Origin: Macrostomum lignano
Taxonomy: Eukaryota
DNA: 36,302 nt
Direction: 5' to 3'
NCBI GenBank assembly: GCA_002269645.1
Contig: NIVC01003036.1
Coordinates: 1-36,302, forward strand
Positions 1 through 13,390 of the stretch are shown piece after piece. A program made the translations under genes and the position numbers. The notes under the pieces are model-generated. The model searched no databases. It saw nothing but the letters and a program-made list of their open reading frames with translations, and was not told where the DNA came from. Position 1 is the first letter of the stretch, and the number at the start of each line of letters is the position of its first letter.

Positions 1-680
1 TGTCACTAATCCCATTTTGGTGTCACTAATCCCATTGTGGTTTCACTAATTACCATTGGGTGTCACTAATCCATTTTGGTGTCACTAATCCCATTTTGGT
101 TTCACTAATACCATTTGGTGTCACTAATCCCATTTTGGTGTCACTAATCCCATTTTGGTTTCACTAATACCATTGTGGTGTCACTAATCCCATTTTGGTG
201 TCACTAATCCCATTTTGTCACTAATACCATTGTGGTGTCACTAATCCCATTTGGTGTCACTAATCCCATTTTGGTGTCACTAATCCCATTTGGTGTCACT
301 AATACCATTGTGGTGTCACTAATCCCATTTTGGTGTCACTAATCCCATTGTGGTGTCACTAATCCAATTGTGGTGTCACTAATCCCATTGTGGTGTCACT
401 AATCCCATTGTGGTGTCACTAATCCATTGTGGTGTCACTAATCCCATTGTGGTGTCACCAATCCCGTTTAGGTGTCACTAATCCCATTGTGGTGTCACTA
501 GTCCCGTTTAGGTGTCAATAATCCCATTGTGGTGTCACTAGTCCCGTTTAGGTGTCAATAATCCCATTGTGGTGTCACTAGTCCGTTTAGGTGTCAATAA
601 TCCCATTGTGGTGTCACTAATCCCATTTTGGTATCATTAATCCCATTGTGGTGTCACTAATCCCATTTGGCGTCACTAAT
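1..680. repeat. Minisatellite, ~20-bp unit GGTGTCACTAATCCCATT(G/T)T, truncated by window start
   Basis: TGTCACTAAT recurs at 1, 21 and onward with period 19-20 and no unique spacers. Confidence 0.97.
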
Positions 681-1276
681 TCAGTTTTAGTATCACTTTC
701 TGTTGTCACTAATTCATTTATGATACCACTAATCCCTTTCAGCACAAACAAATCTAGTTTTTGTGCCAATAATCAACCTTTTACGTCATTGATGTGCGTT
801 ATTAAGAGTTTCATTGTGCCAAAACATTACTTAAGAGTTTCGCATTATTTCATAATATGCAACACCTGTTGCGCAAAAGTACAACTGCAGAGATCCATTG
901 GACCATGTTAACCTTTGCAATGACAATCGGACCACTTCTGCATTGTACAAAAACTATTAAAAACTTAGACGATTTGGTCCAATGGAATTTTACCCTGGGA
1001 ACTTGACAGCGGCAAGTTCAAAGGAAAACTATTGAGATAATTGGCTCTCCACAATGAACGCGGCTCGTTGCAATCATAATTTGATAGTGGACATGGCCTC
1101 ACATTTTCATTTAAAAATTTCTACTGTATTTTTAGGACAGATTGCACTCAGGTGGTTGCTGATGGACTGGGCGCTTTCCTTGTGTTAAACTCTTAGTCAG
1201 GATGGCAGAATTCTTACCACATAACTCAGTCACTCACCCAGCCTTTCACTCATTCACTACTCACTCGTGACCTCAT

Positions 1277-3160
1277 TCATAAACTCAACTCACTTATCAA
1301 TTCACTCAGCAATTTACTCATCAATTCACTCACCAATTCACTCATCAATTCACTCATCAATTCACTCATCAATTCACTCATCAATTCAGTCATCAATTCC
1401 CTTGGCAATTCACTGACCAATTCACTCATAAATTCACTCACCAATTCACTCATCAATTCACTCATCAATTCCCTCGGCAATTCACTCACCAATTTACTCA
1501 TCAATTCACTCATGAATTCAGTCATCAATTCACTCATTAATTCACTCACCAATTCACTCATTAATTCACTCATCAATTCACTCACCAATTCACTCATCAA
1601 TTCACTCATCAATTCAGTCATCAATTCGCTCACCAATTCACTCATCAATTCACTCATTAATTCACTCACCAATTCACTCATTAATTCACTCATCAATTCA
1701 CTCACCAATTCACTCATCAATTCACTTACCAATTCACTCATCAACTCACTCATCAATTCACTCATCAATTCACTCATCAATTCACTCATCAATTCCCTTG
1801 GCAATTCACTGACCAATTCACTCATCAATTCACTCACCAATTCACTCATCAATTCACTCATCAATTCCCTCGGCAATTCACTCACCAATTTACTCATCAA
1901 TTCACTCATCAATTCAGTCATCAATTCACTCACCAATTCACTCATCAATTCACTCACCAATTCACTCATCAATTCACTCATCAATTCCCTCGGCAATTCA
2001 CTCACCAATTTACTCATCAATTCACTCATGAATTCAGTCACCAATTTACTCATCAATTCACTCATCAATTCAGTCATCAATTCACTCACCAATTCACTCA
2101 TCAATTCACTCATTAATTCACTCACCAATTCACTCATCAATTCACTCATGAATTCAGTCACCAATTCACTCATCAATTCACTTACCAATTCACTCATCAA
2201 CTCACTCATCAATTCACTCATCAATTCACTCATCAATTCACTCATCAATTCCCTTGGCAATTCACTGACCAATTCACTCATCAATTCACTCACCAATTCA
2301 CTCATCAATTCACTCATCAATTCCCTCGGCAATTCACTCACCAATTTACTCATCAATTCACTCATGAATTCAGTCATCAATTCACTCACAAATTCACTCA
2401 TCAATTCACTCATTAATTCACTCACCAATTCACTCATTAATTCACTCATCAATTCACTCACCAATTTACTCATCAATTCATTCATGAATTCAGTCATCAA
2501 TTCACTCACCAATTCACTCATTAATTCACTCATTAATTCACTCATTAATTCACTCACCAATTCACTCATTAATTCACTCATCAATTCACTCACCAATTCA
2601 CTCATCAATTCACTTACCAATTCACTCATCAACTCACTCACCAATTCACTCACAGATTTACTCACCAATTCACTCATCAGTTCACTCATCAATTCCCTCG
2701 GCAATTCACTCACCAATTTACTCATCAATTCACTCATGAATTCAGTCATCAATTCACTCACAAATTCACTCATCAATTCACTCATTAATTCACTCATCAA
2801 TTCACTCACCAGTTTACTCATCAATTCACTCATGAATTCAGTCATCAATTCACTCACCAATTCACTCATCAATTCACTCAATTAATTCACTCACCAATTC
2901 ACTCATTAATTCACTCATCAATTTACTCACCAATTTACTCATCAATTCACTCATGAATTCAGTCATCAATTCACTCACCAATTCACTCATTAATTCACTC
3001 AATAATTCACTCACCAATTCACTCAATAATTCATTCATCAATTCACTCACCAATTCACTCATCAATTCACTTACCAATTCACTCATCAACTCACTCACCA
3101 ATTCACTCACAGATTTACTCACTGATTTACTCATCAATTCACTCATCAATTCACTTATTT
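1277..3160. repeat. Minisatellite, 12-bp unit AATTCACTCA(T/C)C, ~1.9 kb
   Basis: Continuous 12-nt period. It generates the MSEL/NSLI pseudo-ORFs on both strands. Confidence 0.98.
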
Positions 3161-3460
3161 TCGTTCATAAACTCATTATTCATACTTGTGAAAATTAATA
3201 ACCTAAAATTTGATTCTTCTACGCAAGTTTTTCATCTGTGATACTAGTAAGCTACTGACCAAGAATTAGATGCGAGTAGCATCATAGAATATTGCCGTCT
3301 AAAAATGAAAAAAGCAGACAACAGTAGGTAAAATCTCTTTTTATTTTGCTTTTCTGCTATTAGTAGTATATTTCCACAACAATTTCGTTAAGTGTCCTTA
3401 AAAGTTCAGCACCGAAAATCTTGAACTCGGAATCAAGTTGTGAGTAACAGATCCAGCTTC

Positions 3461-3760
3461 TCAAACTGGAATCTTGTTCTCAGACCACGGGTGCATCTCG
3501 ATGTGTCCGTCCTCTGCCTCGACCAGACTCATCGGGTTTGTGTCCGGCATCATCTCGATGTGTCCGTCAATTTGCAGCAGCTTATCCAGGGTGTCCGGAT
3601 CGATGTCCCAGTCTTCGTCAATCTCGTCCAGCTGGTAGTGCACTTTCTCGCCGTCAACCACGGACTCGACGAAATCTCCGGAATGGACACCCTGGCGGGG
3701 GTTGGCGGCTGCGGCAACAGCCACCAGCAGAGCGAATAGCAGAGCACAGAATTTGGCCAT
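3461..3760 (-). CDS. Small secreted acidic protein (99 aa, signal peptide, DGHIEM twice), unknown family
   Basis: ATG 3760 gives MAKFCALLFALLVAVAAAA (signal-like) and a stop at 3461-3463, with GC3-rich codons. A 5'UTR intron is plausible: donor G|GTAAGT at 4295, acceptor TTCCAG| at 3776-3775. Minus-strand AATAAA at 3345-3340. Confidence 0.8.
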   Translation of the reverse strand: MAKFCALLFALLVAVAAAANPRQGVHSGDFVESVVDGEKVHYQLDEIDEDWDIDPDTLDKLLQIDGHIEMMPDTNPMSLVEAEDGHIEMHPWSENKIPV

Positions 3761-3809
3761 TTTCTTGCTGTCTTCTGGAAGCAGGAATTGGAAATGTTGT
3801 TTCAATTGT

Positions 3810-4232
3810 AAGGTCACTCTATGAGACCGAGTGAGGTCTCTCTATGAGACTGAGTGAGGTCACTCTATAAGACTGAGTGAGGTCACTCTATGAGACTGAG
3901 TGAGGTCACTCTATGAGACTGAGTGAGGTCACTCAATGAGACTGAGTGAGGTCACTCTATGACATTGAGTGAGATCACTCTATAAGACTGAGTGAGGTCA
4001 CTCTATGAGACTGAATGAGGTCACTCTATGAGACTAAATGAGGTCACTCTATGAGAATAAGTATGGGCACTCTATGAGACTTAGTGAGATCAATCTATGG
4101 AACTTAATGAGGTCACTCTATGAGACTGAGTGAGGTCACTCTTTAAGACTAAGTGAGGTCACTCTGAGACTAAGTGAGTTCACTCTATCAGACTGAGTGA
4201 GGTCACTCTATCAGACTGAGTGAGGTCACTCC
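3810..4232. repeat. Minisatellite, 23-bp unit GTGAGGTCACTCTATGAGACTGA, inside the putative 5'UTR intron of the acidic peptide gene
   Basis: GAGGTCAC at 3856, 3879 and onward; about 18 units. Confidence 0.95.
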
Positions 4233-4829
4233 AATTAAGAAAATTACCCAAATACTAACAAACAGGGGCAATAGTTGCAGAAGTTAATGACTTACCAATC
4301 AGTTTATTTCTATCGTGTTAACCTTCCAGTCAGGCAATGAATTTCAAAGCTTGGTTTTTAAGTCTCTCTTTAATAGCTAGTCGAAATTATGTGACCCATT
4401 ATATCTGAGTAATTGGAACTGGGACCCTTGAGTCCTTATCAGCCTCGAGCAACCGCGGTGTTCTCTCATGGCCCAGAACTGCCTGACCGAGACAATAAAA
4501 AACAATTACGTGTACTAACTGCTACTGAGCAGGGCTTTTGTTTTAGCCGTGTGAATTTCAACATCATGCGAAATCCACAATAATTGCTTTTTCCTCTCTA
4601 TTGGATATTTTGTCTTCGGGTGACGGGGGGAATGCGACACCTGGCATTGGAAAGAATGGCGCCATTCTTCTGATGGTGTCAAATGCCGCCTGATAATGCC
4701 GGGTCATAAACGCTTAATTGAGGATAAATTGAGCGGCTTTTCCGGCTCCTCAAACTTGGCTTCAAGCGAGAACTTTCAGGGGCAATCGGATCCATACTGT
4801 TTCAAGTCCAGTCGATATTCGAGTTTGAG

Positions 4830-6945
4830 ATGAAACTTCTGAGCATTCTGGCGCTCCTGGCGCTGGCGACCGCCGCTCTCGGCGCCCGCCTGCCCGAGAC
4901 CTCGGCCGTGGCGCGGACGTTCTCCGACGATGAGAACGAGTCGCTGAACCAGTACATCAAGGCTCTGCTGGAGAACCTCAAGGAGGAGATGCCGAACGGC
5001 ATTCCAGACCTCAACATCCCGCCGCTGGAGCCGCTGCACCTGCCGGAGATCTACGCCGACATTGAGGAGGGCATGGCCAAGGTGCGCCTGCACATGCTGG
5101 ACCTGCTGATCGAGGGCCTGTCTGGATTTGTTGTCCGCGAGGTCAAAGGCGACCTGAACACCATGAGCTTCTCCTTGGACCTGTTCCTGCCCGAGATCAC
5201 CGGCCAGAGCTACTACGATATGGATGTGAGTTGGCTAGCGCGCTCTGCAGCTACTGCTAGTAGCTTAGTAGCGAATGTTGGAACTGTTTTTAAACGCGAC
5301 CACGATTCCACCCTGCTGTGAGCTTGTAGTTTCCTGACTCATTGCTCTGAGGCATATAATGAGTTTATAAGGTCCGTAATAACCTGAGGGTGTTCGTTAG
5401 TTACTTACTGACTCAGCTCCTGACTCAGCTCCTGACTCAGCTCCTGACTCAGCTCCTGACTCAGCTCCTGACTCAGCTCCTGACTCAGCTCCTGACTCAG
5501 CTCCTGACTCAGCTCCTGACTCAGCTCCTGACTCAGCTCCTGACTCAGCTCCTGACTCAGCTCCTGACTCAGCTCCTGACTCAGCTCCTGACTCAGCTCC
5601 TGACTCAGCTCCTGAGTAAGTTAATGAGTAAGTTCCTGAGAAAGTTAATGAGTAAGTTCCTGAGAAAGTTAATGAGTAAGTTCTTGAGTAAGTTAATGAG
5701 TAAGTTCCTGAGAAAGTTAATGAGTAAGTTCCTGAGAAAGTTAATGAGTAAGTTAATGAGTAAGGTAATGAGTAAGGTAATGAGTAAGTTAATGAGTAAG
5801 TTCCTGAGTAAGTTAATGAGTAAGTTAATGAGTAAGTTAATGAGTAAGGTAATGAGTAAGTTAATGAGTAAGCTCCTGAGGGACTTCATGAGTGAGTTTA
5901 TGCGCAGCTCTAAACGCCTATTTAAAAACATTTTCTGACCTCAACGCATCGCGGATTTCCAGGGCAAGGTGCTCATCTTCCCGCTGTACGGCCGCGGCAT
6001 GGCCGGCCTGAAGGTGAACGATCTGCACTTCAAAGGCACCGCCCGCATCGTCATCAAGGATATGGAGAGCATCCAGCTGGATCACTTCAACATCCACGTC
6101 GAGTTCTCGCAGATCCAAATCTACCTGGAGAACATCGTCGGCGGCGGTAACCTTGGCAACGTGGTGAACACCCTGCTGAACATGCTGGGCAAGCTGCTAT
6201 ACGACAAGTTCCGGGACCAGATCCTGCCTCCGCTGAACAACATCATCAAGAACGCGCTGAACGAGCAGCTGGCCAAGATCAAGCTGTCCGACCTCATCGG
6301 AGGCATCGGCCGGGCGCCCGCAGCCGCTTCAGCGTGTCCCCGGTCCAGGACTCCGTCAACACTTACGTCGACATGCTGATGGAGAACCTGCGCCCCTTCA
6401 TGCGCGACAACGGCATGGACCCGCTGAGCCTGCCGAACCTGTCCACCAGCTTCTCCAAGAAGATCTGGTTCGTCACCTGGCGCGGAGGTGCCAGCATCAG
6501 CCAGGGTCAGCTGCGCAGCCTCTCCAGCATCCACCGCACCGGCAACTTCGGCTTGGACCAGTCGGGCAACCGCCTCACCATTGACGGCTCCGTGGGAGTG
6601 AACCAGCTGTGGGGCAGCTTCAGGGCCCTTGCCTGGTTCATGTCCATCCGCATCTCTGCCGGCATCCAGCTGACCGTCCAGCGGATTCGAGTTCGCGCCC
6701 GCCTGCACGCCGACGTCAGCGACCTGAAGGCGGTGCTGGACCTCTTCAAAATCTCCGAGATCTCCAACATCGGCGTGAAGGTCAGCGGCCTGGGCCCTCT
6801 GAACTGGATTCTGGGCCCCATCGCCACTCTGGTTGTCAACGGAGTTCGCGGCAAAATTGCCCAGGCCATTGAGAGCCCGGTGAAGGCGAAGGTTAACGAG
6901 TTGCTGCAGAACCTGCAGATGCCCAACTTCAGCCAGATGCACTGA
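4830..6945 (+). CDS. Secreted two-domain TULIP-fold lipid-binding protein: N-terminal JHBP/takeout-like domain plus C-terminal Der p 7/BPI-like domain; 2 exons; 1-nt frameshift at ~6312
   Basis: Exon 1 4830-5225 (signal peptide; GIPDLNIPPLEPL is the JHBP/takeout-type motif). Phase-0 intron 5226-5962 (GTGAGT...TTTCCAG). Exon 2 5963-6945 (GKVLIFPLYGRG...; second domain DPLSLPN...GLGPLNW). The frame moves by -1 at the GGG run 6312-6314; one extra G gives ~459 aa. AATAAA at 7025-7030. Confidence 0.8.
5408..5890. repeat. Compound intronic 12-bp minisatellite: (CTGACTCAGCTC)x17, then (A/C)(A/C)TGAG(T/A)AAGTT units
   Basis: Perfect array 5408-5611 grading in phase into a related 12-mer; entirely within intron 5226-5962. 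Confidence 0.96.
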
Positions 6946-7474
6946 GCGAGTTCGAGTTGAGAGAGACACAAGCAGGATATTAACTAACTGTGTGCTTCTG
7001 TGCACTTTTGAGTTTGAATTATGAAATAAACAAATTATAAGCTATGCTCATGTTGTTACATTATTGATTGTTTATCAAGGGCAAAGTAAAGCTAAGAAGT
7101 TTTGTTGTGGCGTTAGCCGCAAAGCAAAATTACTCCCAATACTCAGGCAGTGACTCCAGACGCAGCAGGGGTGGGTCGAAATCCTGGGATTGTAGGAAAG
7201 TTCCGTTTTAAATTAAACTGAATATCGTACTTAGCATCCTCACAGATATTTGTTAGATTTCACTTGCACTGTCTAGACTTGATATCACATTGCCAACATA
7301 ATTCCACAACCTATATCTCCCAATGGGAGTTCAGCTCCCAATTCCCATACCCTTCGCATTCCATGCATCTCCCTGCATTTCCCTACATCTTCTTCAACTA
7401 ATTCCTCCAAGAATCTCCCTGATCCCCCTTCGTCCACGCATCTCCATACATCCATGCCTATCCCCATCCCTCTT

Positions 7475-8290
7475 TGAGTGAGAGATTCGAATACCTGTCT
7501 CTGAGAAGTCAAGCCAATTCATGCCATTTTGCAGCCCTGACCCCCCGATAACGTTGCTGACCCAAAGGCTGCTTAAGCCAATTGTCACGCAAGCCCAGTT
7601 ACTGAGGTCAAGTTTGACTTTCATCGCAGGTTGTGAAGCTGTCTGCTGAACAGCCTGAGTACCGATTGCTGCCCAGTAATTAGCAGTAAATTTCTGCAGC
7701 GCAGCCTTGGCAACCGGAGAATCGCAATGTTTAACTTTCTAACTACTGACAAATTGGAGTAGTATGCGATAACCGGCCACTGATTTGTTTATTTTTACAC
7801 ACACGTCCGAACTTCTGAAATATAATAATAGAACTAATTAGGCGAAAATGCCTGAGGTAAAATGGTCTCGTATTCACTGCAGACTGAACCCGTTGTGAGG
7901 CCTTCCGGTTAGTTTGTTGGTGTTGGTTACATGTGACTGCGGCTGGCTGCTTGTGGAGTTCAATGGTTTACAGATTTGAAGGGCCTGGTGGGGAGATGCG
8001 TGAGATAGAGGGTAGGAGATGTGGGATAGAGGGTGGGAGATGTGGGATAGAGGGTGGGAGATGTGGGATAGAGGGTGGGAGATGTGGGATAGAGGGTGGG
8101 AGATGTGGGATAGAGGGTGGGAGATGTGGGATAGAGGGTGGGAGATGTGGGACAGAGGGTGGGAGATGTGAGATCGAGGGTGGAAGATGTGGGATAGAGG
8201 GTGGGAGATGTGGGATCGAGGGTGGGAGATGTGGGATAGAGGGTGGGAGATGTGGGATCGAGGGGCGAGATGTGGGATCGAGGGTTGGAG
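7475..8290 (+). repeat. Module M, copy 1: ~500 bp non-coding block plus 21-bp G-rich minisatellite GAGATGTGGGATAGAGGGTGG (7985-8290); left arm of the inverted repeat around zinc-finger copy A
   Basis: Reverse-complement match to 11270-12042 (e.g. TCGAATACCTGT 7487-7498 vs ACAGGTATTCGA 12019-12030). Direct match to 13390-14000. Confidence 0.88.
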
Positions 8291-8440
8291 ATCTGAGTTA
8301 GAGGGTGTAAAATTATTATACAATACAACACAGTACAATTTAATACAAGTCATATAAGAAACGTTTTAATGTATTTTAATGCGGTTATCAGAATTAAACC
8401 AAATGTAAAATGTAAAAACATTGCTCACTTTTAACCACCA

Positions 8441-8988
8441 ATCTGCGAGATCGACTCTCTGTACCTTTCCCTCCTGTTAATTCCCTTCTGCAAGCAGCAG
8501 TTGCTGCTAATTCCCTCAGACTTTACCTGCTATTCCATCCGGTACAGAGTTGGCACCATTCAGCGGGGGTCCGGGGGTCACCCGGCCGTCGCGCCGACCC
8601 CCCGCAGCGCTCGCAGCCACCGCAGCCGCGCCCGCCTCGTGCCGCTGCCGCCCCCCGCTGTGCCGCAGTTTTCCCAGGCTGAAAACCCGAGCGTCCCTGC
8701 AGCTGGGGGATTTGCGGCTCTCCGCAGCTCAACTGTCTATGGCCGGCCTCCCGCTGCGGCTGGGGACTCTCATTGGCTCTGAGCTGCCAGCCAATAGCAG
8801 CGAAGCTGCCCTCACTCAGCCTGAGGCGGCTGGGTTGGCGACCTGGGAGACACCATAAAACTGTGGCTCACCAGAAATGTTGGTTCTTCATTGTTGCTGA
8901 GCACGGAGTCCGCCGGTCCGGGCTTCTGATAAAGACTCTCAACTCTTCACCTGCCGTGTGCTTGATTTAGCAATTTTTCACTCTGGAA
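8441..8988 (+). promoter_or_regulatory. GC/CpG-rich promoter and 5'UTR block of zinc-finger copy A
   Basis: Facing CCAAT boxes (ATTGG 8772-8776, CCAAT 8791-8795), TATA-like CATAAAA 8854-8860 and Inr-like TCATTG ~8888. Block conserved in copies B and C while its ORFs are not. Confidence 0.6.
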
Positions 8989-10337
<1,349 letters not shown>

Positions 10338-10799
10338 ATAATCGCTAAATGCCCTATGCGCTTCGATTGCTACTCACAACAGTAGTGTTTTGATATCAGC
10401 TGCGATTGACTGATCTTCAATGATTCTGTAAATATGCTTTCCTACCCGTTTCGGCGATTTGCTTACCGTAGTATTTTGTTGAGGTTTTAATTATAATATT
10501 GCTTTTTTATAATATTGCTCTCAACTTGCTGCTCTAATATCCACGTGTTTAATATTTTTTACAATGATTTGCTTGACGATTGTAATATTTAACTGTATCT
10601 GCACCTGCATGCGCTGTTCTGTGTGTGTGGTGTCACTTTATTATTAAAGGATGCAACTTCTGATTAAATATAAGGTGCTTTCGTGTGTTTCATTTCTTTA
10701 TTATGACCAAAATTCAATTTGATTGGCTGGCTTTTGTTGATTTTGTTATAATTATTGTTATACTGACATTTTCAAAAGTGGCTACGGCAATCGGAGAGA

Positions 10800-11070
10800 A
10801 CTCCCTGCATCTCTCTGCATCTCCCTGCATCTCCCTGTATCTCCCTGCATCTCCCTGCATCTCCCTGCATCTCCCTGCATCTCCCTGCATCTCCCTGCAT
10901 CTCCCTGCATCTCCCTGCATCTCCTTGCATCTCCCCTGCATCTCCCTTCATCTCCCTGCATCTCCCTGCATCTCCCTGCATCTCCCTGCATCTCCCTCCA
11001 TCTCCCTGCATCTCCCTCCATCTCCCTGCATCTCCCTTCATCTTCCTGCATCTCCCTGCATATTATGGAT
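10800..11070. repeat. 10-bp minisatellite CATCTCCCTG
   Basis: Near-perfect array downstream of copy A, degenerating to ~11270. Confidence 0.95.
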
Positions 11071-11269
11071 CTTTTCTGAATCTTCCTGCACCTCCCTATC
11101 TCTCTTGCATTTCCCTACATCTAATAAATCTCCCTGAATATTTTTGCTTCTCATGCATCTAATTCATCTCCCTGCATCTCCCTGTATCTCCCTGCATCTT
11201 CTAACATCTCATGCATCTCCGTAAAATCCTATGAATCTTCCTGAATTCCACTGCGTCCCATGTATGTCC

Positions 11270-12042
11270 TGCATTCCCACCCTCTATCCCACATCTCCCA
11301 CCCTCTATCCCACATCTCCCACCCTCTATCCTACATCTCCCACCCTCTATCCCACATCTCCCACCCTCTATCCCACGCATCTCCCCATCAGGCCCTTCAA
11401 TACCATAAACCATTGAACTCCCCACCATAAACCATTGAATCCCCCACCATAAACCATTGAACTCCCCACCATAAACCATTGAACTCCCCACCATAAACCA
11501 TTGAACTCCCCACCATACGGTAAACCATTGAACTCCCCACCATAAACCATTGAACTCCCCACCATAAACCATTGAACTCCCCACCATAAACCATTGGACT
11601 CCACAAGCAGCCAGCCGCAGTCACATGTAACCAACACCAACAAACTAACTGGAAGGCCTCACAACGAGTTCAGTCTGCAGTGAATACGAGACCAGTTCAC
11701 CTCAGGCATTGTCGCCTAATTAATTCTATTGTCATATTTCACAAGTTCGGACATGTGTGTGTAAAAATAAACAAATCAGTGGCCGTTTATCGCATACTAC
11801 TCAATATGTCAGTAGTTGGAAAGTTAAACATTGCGGTTCTCCGGTTGCCAAGGCTGCGCTGCAGAAATTAGCTGCTAATTACTGGGCAGCAATGGGTACC
11901 CAGGCTGAGTACTCAGGTACTCAGCTTCACAACCTGGTATGAAAGTCAACTGGAGCTCAGTAAGGCTGGTATCGTTAGCGAGGTAAGTGCTGCGTTGAGT
12001 TTGATTGACTGCTCATAAACAGGTATTCGATCTCGAGACTCA
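11270..12042 (-). repeat. Module M, inverted copy (right arm of copy A), with an expanded 22-bp array CCATAAACCATTGAACTCCCCA (11400-11600)
   Basis: Reverse complement of 7475-8290; the core is roughly 90% identical by eye. Confidence 0.88.
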
Positions 12043-12799
12043 TAACCTTTCGGTAGCCAAAATTATTGTCAGAGGCCAAACCTAAGCAAATATTAAGCCA
12101 GCAGGACATCGAAAGCGAAACACAGTAAAACTGCAGGTGTCAACTAATCAAAACATTGATGCCAACCGTGCCAGTCGTTTCGTCTGCTGGGAAATGGGGG
12201 CTGGGGATTTGGAGTGGGATGGGGAGATGCCCATCAGCAACTTCTTCGTGTATATTGTTAAAATGCTTTATAGCTGTAGGGATGTTGGTCTCTTCGAGAA
12301 TGACGAACATGCCACCCACCCAATTATAGACCTATGCTACAGGGAATCCGTCATTTTTAAAATACAACTTTCACCCTTCAAGTTACAGTACTAGGGGTGG
12401 GGAGGTTGCTGTTAATTCAAGCAGATTGAATGAGCAAAGAGTTAATTTATGGTCAACTTTCCCCTCCTTATGTGCATTGATTGTGACTAGTTTGCAATTG
12501 GCTTCAAAATATACTTGGAAACATTGAATATTGGTAATCACAGAAGATTCCGAAAGTGCAGGTGAAGTCTCTCAATGTTTGCGAGTGACGCAAATAAGCT
12601 ATACGCCGCGGCAGACTTGAGTTGAGGAATGAAGTGGGGGGATTGCGGTGTGCGAGGCCTGGACGGATTAAAGCTACTCCCATCAGTTTTCTCGCATTTT
12701 CTATTTCAGAATAGTCCAGGAGAAATTGATCACTGGCGCACAGAGTGGCGACTTTTCAATGTTGCTGAGGATAGCTCGCATAAAGATCATGTATGCATG

Positions 12800-13390
12800 T
12801 ACTCACACTCACTCTCACACTCCCTCTCACAATCACTCTCACTCGCTCACACTCACTCTCACTCGCTCACACTCACTCTCACTCGCTCACACTCACTCTC
12901 ACTCGCTCACACTCACTCTCACTCGCTCACACTCACTCTCACTCGCTCACACTCACTCTCACTCGCTCACACTCACTCTCACTCGCTCACACTCACTCTC
13001 ACTCGCTCACACTCACTCTCACTCGCTCACACTCACTCTCACTCGCTCACACTCACTCTCACTCGCTCACACTCACTCTCACTCGCTCACACTCACTCTC
13101 ACTCGCTCACACTCACTCTCGAGTGGGGAGAGGCTGAGAGTGGGGAGAGGCTGAGAGTGGGGAGAGGCTGAGAGTGGGGAGAGGCTGAGAGTGGGGAGAG
13201 GCTGAGAGTGGGGAGAGGCTGAGAGTGGGGAGAGGCTGAGAGTGGGGAGAGGCTGAGAGTGGGGAGAGGCTGAGAGTGGGGAGAGGCTGAGAGTGGGGAG
13301 AGGCTGAGAGTGGGGAGAGGCTGAGAGTGGGGAGAGGCTGAGAGTGGGGAGAGGCTGAGAGTGAGGAGAGGCTGAGAGTGGAGAGAGGCC
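12800..13390. repeat. Abutting arrays: 20-bp ACTCACTCTCACTCGCTCAC (12800-13120) and 17-bp GAGTGGGGAGAGGCTGA (13121-13390)
   Basis: Both nearly perfect; sharp junction at CACTCTC|GAGTG. Confidence 0.97.

Noticed and set aside
648-1200. ORF 648-911 and possible minus-strand micro-exons at 880-1100
   Set aside because: No identifiable motif, AT-rich codons, and no consistent exon chain.
1277-3198. 534-aa MSEL and 457-aa NSLI ORFs
   Set aside because: Stop-free translations of a 12-bp satellite on both strands, with no non-repetitive coding context.
8501-8970. 80-140-aa ORFs in the GC-rich block of all three cassette copies (ending WETP or DSHWL)
   Set aside because: Indels between copies swap frames and starts, which fits a promoter/UTR rather than a CDS.
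11757-11942. Small ORF in module M shared with 16910-17095
   Set aside because: Differences between the copies are mostly non-synonymous, and the 7.7-kb copy is frameshifted with a stop.
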